A DNA stretch of 49,265 bases from Candidatus Woesearchaeota archaeon (GTDB lineage: Archaea; Nanobdellota; Nanobdellia; SCGC-AAA011-G17; PNOQ01), in contig JABHMJ010000010.1 of assembly GCA_018693795.1 (NCBI GenBank), forward strand, positions 1 through 49,265, in the 5' to 3' direction. Below are positions 19,131 through 29,134 of the stretch, one piece after another (positions within the stretch are counted from its first letter, which is position 1; every line of letters starts with the position of its first letter). Under the pieces are notes generated by a model. That model searched no databases. It was not told the origin of the DNA and worked only from the letters and a program-made list of their open reading frames with translations. The translations under genes were made by a program, and so were the position numbers.

Positions 19131-19922
19131 ATGAAGCATAACATGAAAATTACTATAGTTCTTGTATTAATGTTCATAGCAACCCAATTAATTGGTTTAA
19201 CAATAGTAGATACCTATGGAGATAAAGAACTTCCATTAGGAATCGAACGTCCAGAAGTACAAGAAAATATAAGTTATCTCCCTTTAATATTCGCAATTTT
19301 AATTGCAACAGGTCTAGCATTAATTTTAGTTAAATTTGGAGCAATGAAATTATGGAAAGCATGGTTTTTTGTTGCATCATTATATCTATTAACATTATCA
19401 TTAGGAGGATTTTTTGAAGCAAATATAGCATTTATAATAGCAACAGGGTTTATTTTATTAAGAACTTTCAGATTATCAATAATTTCTCACAATATTGTAG
19501 AATTATTTGTTTATGCAGGAATTCCAGTTATATTTGCATCAGTATTAAACATATTATCTGCAAGTATATTATTAATATTCATTTCAATTTACGACGCAAT
19601 TGCTGTATGGAAAACAAAACATATGATTGCATTAGCTAAATTTACAACACAATCAAAAGTTTTCGCAGGATTAATGATTCCATATGATAAAGGAAGAAAA
19701 GCAGCAATTCTGGGAGGAGGAGATATTGGTTTCCCATTATTATTTTCAAGTGTAATTTTACTTAATAATTCATTCCAACACGCAATAATCACAACAATAG
19801 TAACAGCAATAGCATTACTATTATTATTAACATTTAGCAAAAAAAATAAATTTTATCCGGCAATGCCATTCATTTCAGCAGGGTGTTTTATTGGGTACTT
19901 TTTATCTTTATTAATTATTTAA
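19131..19922 (+). CDS. Presenilin/signal-peptide-peptidase-like GxGD intramembrane aspartyl protease (A22)
   Basis: YDAIAVWKTKHM, LGGGD, YPAMPF (PAL-like); multiple TMs. Confidence 0.93.
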   Translation: MKHNMKITIVLVLMFIATQLIGLTIVDTYGDKELPLGIERPEVQENISYLPLIFAILIATGLALILVKFGAMKLWKAWFFVASLYLLTLSLGGFFEANIAFIIATGFILLRTFRLSIISHNIVELFVYAGIPVIFASVLNILSASILLIFISIYDAIAVWKTKHMIALAKFTTQSKVFAGLMIPYDKGRKAAILGGGDIGFPLLFSSVILLNNSFQHAIITTIVTAIALLLLLTFSKKNKFYPAMPFISAGCFIGYFLSLLII

Positions 19923-20264
19923 TTGTTCCCAAGCATAAGAAACATATTCTAAATTAGATTTATCAAATTTTTCTGGAAAATAACCTTCTTTAGTGCCTAA
20001 TTCTTTTTCTCTAAATTCAGGCGAGTTTTCTAATAAGTCTAAATATTTAAACAAAACACTAGCTTCAGTAAGATAAGGTTTTTTTATTTTTTCCCATTTA
20101 CTTATTCCTTCTTCATAAAGTTCTGCCAATCCTGAAATTGAAGCCAAGCAATTTTTAGTTACATGATTAAAATGACTAAATACATCACTATCAGAACCAC
20201 CTTCAACACTAGAAACTCTTTCTTCTAATTTCCTAGTTAATCCATTAGATATAGCAACATCCAT
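19911..20264 (-). CDS. Hypothetical protein
   Basis: ORF in a tightly coupled (TAAAATG) run. Confidence 0.65.
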   Translation of the reverse strand: MDVAISNGLTRKLEERVSSVEGGSDSDVFSHFNHVTKNCLASISGLAELYEEGISKWEKIKKPYLTEASVLFKYLDLLENSPEFREKELGTKEGYFPEKFDKSNLEYVSYAWEQLNN

Positions 20265-20265
20265 T

Positions 20266-20370
20266 TTAACATTCCTTAAATCTTTTTGAACTGCAATAAC
20301 ATTTCATATTTATTGGCACTTTCTTATTTACACAATAAACTGCCTCACATTTCGTACATTTAACATCCAT
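20266..20370 (-). CDS. Zinc-finger microprotein (34 aa)
   Basis: Hand translation MDVKCTKCEAVYCVNKKVPINMKCYCSSKRFKEC*; GGAG upstream; fills the gap exactly, with a TAAAATG junction to the next gene. Confidence 0.65.
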   Translation of the reverse strand: MDVKCTKCEAVYCVNKKVPINMKCYCSSKRFKEC

Positions 20371-20686
20371 TTTCATCTCCTTCTTTAGCTTTTTTTAATT
20401 CTCTTTCTTGATTCTCTAAAATACTATCTATTGATCCTTTATCAACTGGCAATAACACAGATGCTTGTGCAGGAAAAACTGCAGGACGATTCATATATTT
20501 TTGACCAAAGTCTCCTTCATATCCAGAAGGTTGACTAACTAAGCAAGGATTTAATTTAATTAATCCATCATTCACAGATTCTAAAAATCCATATGTAGTA
20601 GTTCCATTAAAAGAAACAATAACTTCTTGCCCAATATTTTCTTCATAATGGCTATGTTTTTTGTAAGTTTCTGGTCCAAATGTCAT
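20360..20686 (-). CDS. Hypothetical protein, possible Sm/LSm-like fold
   Basis: Start reassigned to ATG 20686; IGQEVIVSFNGTTTYGFLESVNDGLIKL resembles Sm1. Confidence 0.6.
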   Translation of the reverse strand: MTFGPETYKKHSHYEENIGQEVIVSFNGTTTYGFLESVNDGLIKLNPCLVSQPSGYEGDFGQKYMNRPAVFPAQASVLLPVDKGSIDSILENQERELKKAKEGDENGC

Positions 20687-20687
20687 T

Positions 20688-20912
20688 TTAATAATTAACC
20701 TCCTCCACTTTCCCAAATTTTGAAACCAAAACCTGTAATCCGTCAGGAAATCCATCATCTTCAACAATTAATCCCTCGATTTCATATATTGGCACTTTAT
20801 TTTCCTCTCCAGTTAAATCTAAAAATCCTTGTAAAGCATCAAAATCTCTAAAAGCATGATATGTTGAACCAACAACTGGTTCTTCTCCAAATCTATAAAA
20901 AGGTCCACTCAT
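20688..20912 (-). CDS. Hypothetical protein
   Basis: Start reassigned to ATG 20912 (TAAAATG junction). Confidence 0.6.
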   Translation of the reverse strand: MSGPFYRFGEEPVVGSTYHAFRDFDALQGFLDLTGEENKVPIYEIEGLIVEDDGFPDGLQVLVSKFGKVEEVNY

Positions 20913-20913
20913 T

Positions 20914-21387
20914 TTAATATAATACCCCCACAAGTATAAACTCAATTTCTTCAAATCTAATTTTTCCAGGATCTGCATATGCAACATTATCTCCTTTGGC
21001 TATCGCATACCATCCATCTTGATCATATCCCACATCAATAACCCTATGTGCAATTAAAGAATCACTCCACTCTGCGTTATAGGTAATAACATCCCCAATT
21101 TGAACATCAAATTCATCTTTAGGTCTTAATTCGATTCCTGTTGAACCAACATCTAAGAATCCATCCATTGAATTTGTATTTGTATATTTTGCCCAATTAG
21201 CATCATCAACATAAATAACAATTTTATCTTTATACACTAAAATTTGGCTATCTTTTATCCTATCGCCAGGTGAAATTAACTCTTTTGAAACAAAAACTGA
21301 AGGCGTTTCATAGTTTGAACTAACTACATCATTAGCAAACCACCCTATTGATAACAACATCACACCTAAAATTATTGCTTGTTTCAT
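20914..21387 (-). CDS. Signal peptidase I-like (S26B, SipW/Sec11-type Ser-His)
   Basis: TNSM, GDVITY, IAHRV, KGDN...D. Confidence 0.88.
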   Translation of the reverse strand: MKQAIILGVMLLSIGWFANDVVSSNYETPSVFVSKELISPGDRIKDSQILVYKDKIVIYVDDANWAKYTNTNSMDGFLDVGSTGIELRPKDEFDVQIGDVITYNAEWSDSLIAHRVIDVGYDQDGWYAIAKGDNVAYADPGKIRFEEIEFILVGVLY

Positions 21388-21454
21388 ACAATATTTCTTT
21401 GTTTAATCACTTATAAACCTTTCTATTTGTAACTACTTAGAATAAGTAACATAA

Positions 21455-21868
21455 TTATTCAATCAAATCATCTAAATTTCTAGGCAATTTGAACTTAAAA
21501 GTTCCATTTTTTTCTAACTTGCCACGCAATCTAACTTTTGTAGTATCATCTCTATCAATATAATAATCAATCAATGCTTCAGCATAAAGATATTTTTTTC
21601 TTAAACCTGCACTTTCACTAGAATGGGCAGAAACAATATCATCTCCACATCCTAAAATAACAACCATTTTAGAACCTCCATCAGATAAATCAGTACTTAC
21701 ACTTCCTGGAACACCAGATAATTCATAATAACCTTCTTCACTAGAAGAACATACTCCAGAAACATCAACAGGAACATATTCTCTATTTCTCTCTTGGATA
21801 ATATTATTAGTAAAGTATCCAATTGTTAAGACTAAACCAACCCCAAAAATAGTTTTCCCCCAACCCAT
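21455..21868 (-). CDS. Hypothetical membrane-anchored protein
   Basis: N-terminal TM; 137 aa. Confidence 0.7.
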   Translation of the reverse strand: MGWGKTIFGVGLVLTIGYFTNNIIQERNREYVPVDVSGVCSSSEEGYYELSGVPGSVSTDLSDGGSKMVVILGCGDDIVSAHSSESAGLRKKYLYAEALIDYYIDRDDTTKVRLRGKLEKNGTFKFKLPRNLDDLIE

Positions 21869-21903
21869 AAAAAAAGAGACATCTATTAACTTAAAAAACT
21901 TTA

Positions 21904-23805
21904 CTAAACTAATCGAATAGTTTCTAAATTTTTCGGAGCAGTAGTTTCCATTCGATAAGCTTTATGTACAGAACTAGCAAAATCTAAAACTTTACTTATT
22001 TCTCCATGAACAACAATCATTTTTTTGGGCCTAGGAGACGCCCTACCAACAAAATTCATTAATTGATTTCTATCTGAGTGCCCAGTAAATCCATGAATAG
22101 AATAAATGTCCATTTTAACTTTTACAGGCATTTGTTTACTTCCTTCCATAAACATAATTTCTTTTTCACCTTGTTGTAATCTCCTACCTAATGAACCTTC
22201 ACCTTGATAAGAAGTTAATACTAAACTATGTTTATCACTTTCAGATAAATTCTTAAAATATTCAACAGATGCTCCGCCAGTCATCATCCCAGATGTAGCC
22301 ATAATAATGCAAGGCCCATTCTCTTCTAAAACTTGTTTCATTTCTTTTTGAGAACCAACATGTTTAAAGATTTTACTTAAAAATGGATTTTCATTTTTAT
22401 GGAATATTGCTTGTTTAACTTTATTATTGAAAAAATTAGGATAAGCAGTATGAATCGCAGTAACATCCCAAACCATTCCTTGAACAAAAACAGGAATATC
22501 TGGCAATTTTCCTTCTCTGATAGCTCTCTCAACTATAACCATAATTTCTTGAGATCTACCAACCCCTAAAACAGGTAATAATACTTTTCCACCACGTTCG
22601 ATAGTAGTTCTAATAATATTTAATAAATAATCTTCAGATTCTTGTCTGGTTGCAGTAACATCATCTTTTCCACCATAAGTTCCTTCAATCATTAATGTTT
22701 CTAATCTGGGAAATTTGGTTACCGCAGGAGCCAACAAATTAGAAGATTCATAATTCAAATCACCCGTGTACATAAAATTATGTAATCCCTCTCCAATATG
22801 GAAGTGACATAATGAACTCCCTAAAGTATGCCCAGCATTGTAAAATGTTAATCTTATATCTGGAGAAATATCAGAAACTTCTTCATAATCTAAAACAACA
22901 GTATGTTTTACCATTTCTTTAACATCAGCAGAACCATATAATGGGGCCTTATTTTCTTTTTGACCAATAGATATCATATCTAAACATAATAACGCTGCAA
23001 CATCTCTGGTCGGGGCAGTACAATAAACCGGACCACGATAACCATATTTAAACAATAATGGAATTAAACCACAATGATCTAAATGTGCATGACTTAAAAC
23101 AACAGCATCTAATTCTTCGATCTTCAGCTCAGAAACATCCATATACGGATATTGATCTTGTCCTTTTGCAGCAACATTAACTCCGCAATCTAATAATATT
23201 TTTGATTCATCAGTTTGTAATAAAAAAGAAGATCTCCCAACTTGTCTAGAAGCTCCTAAAAATGAAACTCTGGCATAGCTTGTTTTTCCTTCTTTTCTTT
23301 TTGAACCATAAATTCTCTCTCCAATTTTATTTAAGAATTTTTTTCTATAATCATCATTCTCATATAAAACATTTCTAACACTTTCAATTAATCTAGATCT
23401 TATTGACGGAATTCTTTTAACTAAAGGAACCCAATAAACTTTTGATTTAATTACTTTCAAATTTTCACCAGCTTTTCCAATTGCAACTCCTGGTTTTTCA
23501 GCTTCAATTATAACTTGAGATCTTTGTGGATCAAATATAACATTCAATTGGCCGGCATCACTAGGGATTATTTTCCTAATTTCCTCTTCTGCTTTTTCAA
23601 CAGAAACAGGAATAGAAGTATCCGCTCTCAATTCAACTCTTTTCTTTATAGTTGACACTATTTCTTTAATAACTCCTTTATTATCTAAAAAGAAATCTTT
23701 ATTCTTAGTATACATTACGATATTTGCACCTTCAAATGTGATTGTAGTTACATCTGCATCTTTAGGCAACATATCCTTTACTTGTTCTATTATTTTTAAA
23801 GCCAT
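21904..23805 (-). CDS. fttA: Beta-CASP ribonuclease aCPSF1 / transcription termination factor FttA
   Basis: Two N-terminal KH domains, SHAHLDH, NAGH, FTGHSD, VVHGE. Confidence 0.97.
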   Translation of the reverse strand: MALKIIEQVKDMLPKDADVTTITFEGANIVMYTKNKDFFLDNKGVIKEIVSTIKKRVELRADTSIPVSVEKAEEEIRKIIPSDAGQLNVIFDPQRSQVIIEAEKPGVAIGKAGENLKVIKSKVYWVPLVKRIPSIRSRLIESVRNVLYENDDYRKKFLNKIGERIYGSKRKEGKTSYARVSFLGASRQVGRSSFLLQTDESKILLDCGVNVAAKGQDQYPYMDVSELKIEELDAVVLSHAHLDHCGLIPLLFKYGYRGPVYCTAPTRDVAALLCLDMISIGQKENKAPLYGSADVKEMVKHTVVLDYEEVSDISPDIRLTFYNAGHTLGSSLCHFHIGEGLHNFMYTGDLNYESSNLLAPAVTKFPRLETLMIEGTYGGKDDVTATRQESEDYLLNIIRTTIERGGKVLLPVLGVGRSQEIMVIVERAIREGKLPDIPVFVQGMVWDVTAIHTAYPNFFNNKVKQAIFHKNENPFLSKIFKHVGSQKEMKQVLEENGPCIIMATSGMMTGGASVEYFKNLSESDKHSLVLTSYQGEGSLGRRLQQGEKEIMFMEGSKQMPVKVKMDIYSIHGFTGHSDRNQLMNFVGRASPRPKKMIVVHGEISKVLDFASSVHKAYRMETTAPKNLETIRLV

Positions 23806-23820
23806 TATTCTCTTAAAGAA

Positions 23821-24465
23821 TTACTCTATTTTTTTAACTAAATGTTGGGTCTCAATTTTATGAGCCCCTTTTTCAGTTATAGTAAATATATCAATACCAT
23901 CTCCAGTAGGCATATCTCTTTGAATTGCTGAGCTAATTGCTTTTTTAGCCATAACAACACCTTCTGCAACTGATAAATCTTTTTTGTATAATGTTTCCAA
24001 TACTCCATATGCAATTGGAGAACCAGAACCAGTTGAAACATACTCATCCATTTTACTTAATGAACCATCTACACCAATATCATATAAATGGTATCCATGA
24101 ACATCTCTTCCACCCAATAAAAATGAAACAATTCCAGGAACCATACTTGGTTTTCTTATATTTTGATAAAATATATTAGCTAACATATTTGCTGTTTCTT
24201 TCATTGATGGTTTTTTAGCATTTCTTATTGTTTTTAATCTTAATTCAGCTTTTGATAATTTTAATATTAATTGAGCATCAGAAACCAATCCAGCCATAGT
24301 AATAGCAGAATCATCATTTAATTTATGCACTTTATCTGTTTTATTGTTAGCAACTAAATATCCAGCACTTGCTCTTTTATCTGCCGCTAAAACAATTCCA
24401 TCTTTGCATGCAATACCTACAGTAGTAGTTCCTTTTTTAACCGATTTTTCAATGTTTTCGTTCAT
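23821..24465 (-). CDS. psmB: Proteasome beta subunit
   Basis: Short propeptide followed by G|TTTVG, LAADKRAS, STGSGS; conserved adjacency to aCPSF1. Confidence 0.97.
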   Translation of the reverse strand: MNENIEKSVKKGTTTVGIACKDGIVLAADKRASAGYLVANNKTDKVHKLNDDSAITMAGLVSDAQLILKLSKAELRLKTIRNAKKPSMKETANMLANIFYQNIRKPSMVPGIVSFLLGGRDVHGYHLYDIGVDGSLSKMDEYVSTGSGSPIAYGVLETLYKKDLSVAEGVVMAKKAISSAIQRDMPTGDGIDIFTITEKGAHKIETQHLVKKIE

Positions 24466-24511
24466 TTAAATTAACCTCTCAAGAATGAGTTTTAATTATA
24501 ATACAAATAAC

Positions 24512-25585
24512 TCATTTATAAGCTTTTCTAAAAAAAGGAAATAAACTAATTAATGGTGCCATTGAAGGAAACCTTAAATTTCTTTTATTTGGATTATCCC
24601 TCTTTTTTGAAGAAGGCATTTCTTCATCTGGAGTTGGAACATACGTTAAATTAGGTCCAATAACAAATTCGTCAAAAACAACCCCATTAGGATATCTAGC
24701 TTGTATCAATAATGATTCTTCATCCCCAACTATTGTAACATAATTATAAGTTTCTTCAGAATATTGTCTAGTAGCAAAAGGATAATCATGATTTAAATTT
24801 AATCTATGTGGGACTCCACCAGATCCACCACTATTAACATAATGCACTCCATCAATATAAAATCTCTCATACGCATGTATGTGCCCTCCAAAAACAATAT
24901 CAACATCATGTTCTATAAAATAAGGACTAAAATCTCTCACCCACATAGCGGCCCCACGACTACCAGAAGTATATCCTGGTCTATGAAAGATAACAAACTT
25001 ATATGTTTTTTCTGAAAATTGATTTAAAGTAATATTTAACCAATCTATTTGTTCTTGTACCCCAACTGCATTTGATTCTACACTTGCAGAATCTGCATCT
25101 AAAATTAAAAATATTGCCTCTTCGCTTTCAATATAATAATATTTATCATTACCTCTATCATTAGGCAAATGTGGGAAATATTGAACATAATGCTCAATTC
25201 CAATCGCTGCATCATGATTTCCTATCGTAGGATAATAAGGATAATTTTTTACTAATTTTCCAGCAATTTCATGAAATATATTCCAATTATTTGGACCACC
25301 CCATTGCCCATGTACAACATCTCCAGAATTAAATATCATATTTGGTTTATGTTTTGAAATTCTCTCAACTATTTCTTTATGTACAGATTCAGCATCTTCA
25401 TATCCTGCATGGGTATCTCCATGAACAATAAAATCAACAGGACCATTCGTAACTTCTGGCAAAGGAGAAACTATATTTCTGGGCTCTCTTATATTTAGCC
25501 CATTAATATCAATTCCTTCTATAGCACCAACTAAACTAATACTGAAAACCATTACAATTATCCCGTAAAATGTATATTTATTCAT
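24512..25585 (-). CDS. Secreted metallophosphoesterase (calcineurin-like/purple acid phosphatase-like)
   Basis: GDTH, GDVV, GNHD, FHRP, GHIHAYER; signal peptide; start placed at ATG 25585. Confidence 0.92.
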   Translation of the reverse strand: MNKYTFYGIIVMVFSISLVGAIEGIDINGLNIREPRNIVSPLPEVTNGPVDFIVHGDTHAGYEDAESVHKEIVERISKHKPNMIFNSGDVVHGQWGGPNNWNIFHEIAGKLVKNYPYYPTIGNHDAAIGIEHYVQYFPHLPNDRGNDKYYYIESEEAIFLILDADSASVESNAVGVQEQIDWLNITLNQFSEKTYKFVIFHRPGYTSGSRGAAMWVRDFSPYFIEHDVDIVFGGHIHAYERFYIDGVHYVNSGGSGGVPHRLNLNHDYPFATRQYSEETYNYVTIVGDEESLLIQARYPNGVVFDEFVIGPNLTYVPTPDEEMPSSKKRDNPNKRNLRFPSMAPLISLFPFFRKAYK

Positions 25586-25603
25586 AATATTAACCAAATC
25601 ATT

Positions 25604-25730
25604 TTATTTATAAACGTTACTTTTTTCTGAAAATTCTTCCATGCAAATAAAAAGATATTCCAACAACAAAAACAGTTAAAATAAACACAATCCAAACTCC
25701 TCCCATTGCATAACTAGGAGATAATAATAT
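25604..25730. repeat. Dispersed repeat, second copy about 27941-28067 (paralog 3' ends plus downstream promoter)
   Basis: ttatttataaacgttacttttttct...cccattgcataactaggagataataatat is shared. Confidence 0.8.
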
Positions 25731-26612
25731 TTTTTCAGCACCTTGATATTCATTTAATTCTGCAGCAGATTTCTGAACTCCATTTTCATCATTTTCATCA
25801 ATTACAAACTGATCAACCCCTACAATTGATGTACTTTCTTGAACAATATCATTAACATCATCAGAAGAACCATCGCTAGAAGTTGTACTATAATCTGGAA
25901 CACAGCAAATTAATCCATTTCCATATTCAACTTCACACTTTCTATCATAATTAGAATTATCATAATAAGAATAACCATCTGAACAACTATCAGTACAAAC
26001 ACCATTTACACTTGCACAATTATTTTGTAAAGTAACACCACTAGGACTATCATCAACATAATCCTCACAACCACTAGTATCATAAGAACAATCACTACAA
26101 CTCACACTCCCAGTATCATACCCAAAATCACTACAACTTTTATCAGAAACAGACCCATCGCATTCCTCTCCAGAATCAACAACCCCATTCCCACACAATT
26201 CTTCAACACACTCATTACTTTCACATGAACTTCCATCATCACATCCACAATCATCACAACAATCTGAACTACTTTCATCTCCTTCACAAAGTCCATCTCC
26301 ACACGTTGGATTTTCACAAGTACCTAGTTCGAAAAGTCCTCCATCTTCAACACAATGAGCAGTATCATCAGGACACCCACAAATACTACAACCAGCTACA
26401 ATAGTACAAGAATCTCCATCTTTAAAACAATACCAAGGTTCATCACCATCCACACAAGAATCCGCGGGAGTTCCATCTGCACATTCCGTACATCCATCTC
26501 CTCCGCCATCAATTACACCAGCATTACCAGTAAAAACATTTCCTAAATTAGTAAAAATCAATACACTAACTAAAAACAAAGACACTAAAATAAACATATC
26601 ACGTTCTTTCAT
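25617..26612 (-). CDS. Cys-rich modular surface protein with N- and C-terminal TMs
   Basis: FTGNA motif; CGNGVVDSGEECD (myxobacterial-type Cys repeat); LLSP before the C-terminal TM. Confidence 0.85.
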   Translation of the reverse strand: MKERDMFILVSLFLVSVLIFTNLGNVFTGNAGVIDGGGDGCTECADGTPADSCVDGDEPWYCFKDGDSCTIVAGCSICGCPDDTAHCVEDGGLFELGTCENPTCGDGLCEGDESSSDCCDDCGCDDGSSCESNECVEELCGNGVVDSGEECDGSVSDKSCSDFGYDTGSVSCSDCSYDTSGCEDYVDDSPSGVTLQNNCASVNGVCTDSCSDGYSYYDNSNYDRKCEVEYGNGLICCVPDYSTTSSDGSSDDVNDIVQESTSIVGVDQFVIDENDENGVQKSAAELNEYQGAEKILLSPSYAMGGVWIVFILTVFVVGISFYLHGRIFRKK

Positions 26613-26643
26613 AAAAATAAAATGACGTTTACATTTATAAAGT

Positions 26644-27921
26644 TTACTTTCTCTTTTTAAACTCTCTAACAGTATAAGTAAACATAAACACTAAAGAACC
26701 AAAAATTATCCCCACAAATAATAAAAATTCTTCTAAAGTATATTCTTCTATTTCATTTATTGGTGCAAATTTAGGAGATTCAAAATAAACTTCTTTTGTT
26801 CCTTCAATTTCATTTTTTACTAATCCTTTTATTGAAGAATCAACATATTCCTGAACATTAATATCAAACGTACTTAGTTCTATATTACTCGCAGTAACAA
26901 CAACATCAATAACTCCATCCCTATCTAAATCTACCTCTTGAGATTCTCCATCATATAATCTTAATTTAATTGGATTGGAATAAATAATTATATCTATATA
27001 TCCTCTCCCATCAGAAACACTATCTATTTCTATTATGTGCTCTTCCATTTGATTGTCTGAATCTTGAGTTATTTCAAAAACTATTTCATCATTTCTTCTT
27101 AATCCATCCCAACTAAATGAACTATAACTTGTTTGTACTTGATCATTAATTTCAGTTTCAGTTTCAACAATTACCGCATCATCTGCCCCATAAGACCTGC
27201 TCGCACTTCCTCCACTAGGATCTTGATTACATGTCCCATCACTTTGACATGAAAATCCTACATCACATGCACAAGTTTCACAAACATTAACTAAAGTTCC
27301 ATTTGCATTACAATAACTTGGTGCACCACCTGCAACACAAGTACTTATACTAGTTCCATCTGAACATGTTGATGGTGCCGGCGCAGTACAACTTCCAGAA
27401 CCTAAAACCACTTCACAAATTAAACCAGCAGAACAAGCTGGAGATCCAGTAACATTATCACAATCGGCTGGACAACCATTACAAGTTTCTTCTCCGCTAT
27501 CACAAGTTCCATCACCACAAAAACCAGTACAAGAAGAATTATCAAAAGAACATGAAGAACAAGCTAAAGTTCCACTATAAAATCCAACATCAGTACATGC
27601 ATTTCCACCTAAAAGTGCACCATCACAATCCTCAGAAGGATCTAAAAAAGAATCCCCACAATAATTTAAAGTTCTACAACAAACTCCTGGCGCAACACAA
27701 CTTCCGCCATCAGCATAAGTTTCAGTCGGACCACTACATAAATTATCTATACATGTTTCCCATGCCTCATCTTCACAATTAGCCACACCACCACCAGCCA
27801 TACCAGTATAACCCTCATATTTTTCAGAAGATAACAATAAAAATCCAAAACCAGACAAAACAATCAAACTAATTAAATAAAAAACAAAATATTTACTATT
27901 AAAAAATACATCCCTCTTCAT
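26644..27921 (-). CDS. Cys-rich modular surface protein with membrane-proximal beta domain
   Basis: YTGMA motif; CGD...C modules; C-terminal TM plus basic tail. Confidence 0.85.
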   Translation of the reverse strand: MKRDVFFNSKYFVFYLISLIVLSGFGFLLLSSEKYEGYTGMAGGGVANCEDEAWETCIDNLCSGPTETYADGGSCVAPGVCCRTLNYCGDSFLDPSEDCDGALLGGNACTDVGFYSGTLACSSCSFDNSSCTGFCGDGTCDSGEETCNGCPADCDNVTGSPACSAGLICEVVLGSGSCTAPAPSTCSDGTSISTCVAGGAPSYCNANGTLVNVCETCACDVGFSCQSDGTCNQDPSGGSASRSYGADDAVIVETETEINDQVQTSYSSFSWDGLRRNDEIVFEITQDSDNQMEEHIIEIDSVSDGRGYIDIIIYSNPIKLRLYDGESQEVDLDRDGVIDVVVTASNIELSTFDINVQEYVDSSIKGLVKNEIEGTKEVYFESPKFAPINEIEEYTLEEFLLFVGIIFGSLVFMFTYTVREFKKRK

Positions 27922-27953
27922 AAGATAAATTTCAACTTAATTATTTATAAACG

Positions 27954-29078
27954 TTACTTTTTTCTAAAGATTCTTCCATGTACATAAAAAGAAATAATAA
28001 TAATAAAAACCGTCAATCCAAACACAATCCAAACACCACCCATTGCATAACTAGGAGATAATAATATCCCTTGCAATCCATTTTCTACATTATAATTAAC
28101 TGGAGAAGTTTGAACGTTTTCACTTTCATCAATAATATAATCTTCAACATTTCTTACATTTCCACTAGTTCCATCAATAATTTCCTCATTTTCAGAAGCC
28201 ACATAACTAGGGACACAACACACTAACTCCTCTCCATAAGCAATTTCACACTTTCTATCAAAATTTGTATCCCCATAATGTATAAATTCATTAATACACT
28301 TATCTGAACACACCCCGTTTACACTAGCACAAGTAGTCGGAATTGCAGTACTTTTATCTTCTTCATTATCATTAGCAACATTACTACAACCACTTGTATC
28401 AAAAGATAAACAATTAGAATTACATGCTAAAGATCCTGAATTATATCCTTGAGTTATACAAGTTTTTGAATTTAAATCACTACCATCACAAACTTCTAAA
28501 CCTTCAACGAAATTATTATTGCAAGCAGAAGGAGCCTCAACAACAGCACAACTCCCAGAACCAAAAACAACTTCACAAATCTGGCCAACAGAACAATCTG
28601 CTTGTTCGCCTTCACAATCACTAGAACAGCTAGAGCAAGTTTCATCTGCATCACAAGTTCCATCTCCACAAGAAGAACTCTCAACTAAAACTAATTGGCA
28701 ACTATCATCACAATAACTACAAGAAAATCCAGGACTAGGAACGCAAACTTCTCCATTACTTGAACCATAATCGCATTCCTCCCCAGAATCAACAACTTCA
28801 TCTCCACAATAAGAAATATCTATACAACAAATATCGGGTGCAATACAAGTCCCAGAATAAGGTTCTTGATTTGATTGACTACAAGTAGAATCACAATAAG
28901 CAGGAGCAGTACAACTTGTACCGGCCATTCCAGTAATCATTTTAAAATCATAAATTAAATATCCCACAATATTATTAAAATCATAATTTACATTATCAAA
29001 TGAAAAAGAAGACACATAAGGACTAATAAAAAGTAAAGAAATCAAAACAACCGTTACTAAAAAAGTTTTTCCTTTCAT
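27954..29078 (-). CDS. Cys-rich modular surface protein, paralog of 25617-26612
   Basis: ITGMA motif; near-identical C-terminus ILLSPSYAMGGVWIVF...HGRIFRKK. Confidence 0.85.
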   Translation of the reverse strand: MKGKTFLVTVVLISLLFISPYVSSFSFDNVNYDFNNIVGYLIYDFKMITGMAGTSCTAPAYCDSTCSQSNQEPYSGTCIAPDICCIDISYCGDEVVDSGEECDYGSSNGEVCVPSPGFSCSYCDDSCQLVLVESSSCGDGTCDADETCSSCSSDCEGEQADCSVGQICEVVFGSGSCAVVEAPSACNNNFVEGLEVCDGSDLNSKTCITQGYNSGSLACNSNCLSFDTSGCSNVANDNEEDKSTAIPTTCASVNGVCSDKCINEFIHYGDTNFDRKCEIAYGEELVCCVPSYVASENEEIIDGTSGNVRNVEDYIIDESENVQTSPVNYNVENGLQGILLSPSYAMGGVWIVFGLTVFIIIISFYVHGRIFRKK

Positions 29079-29134
29079 AAACTATCACCAGTAATATATT
29101 TTTTAAATTTCAATTTTATAAGTCTTTTCCATAT

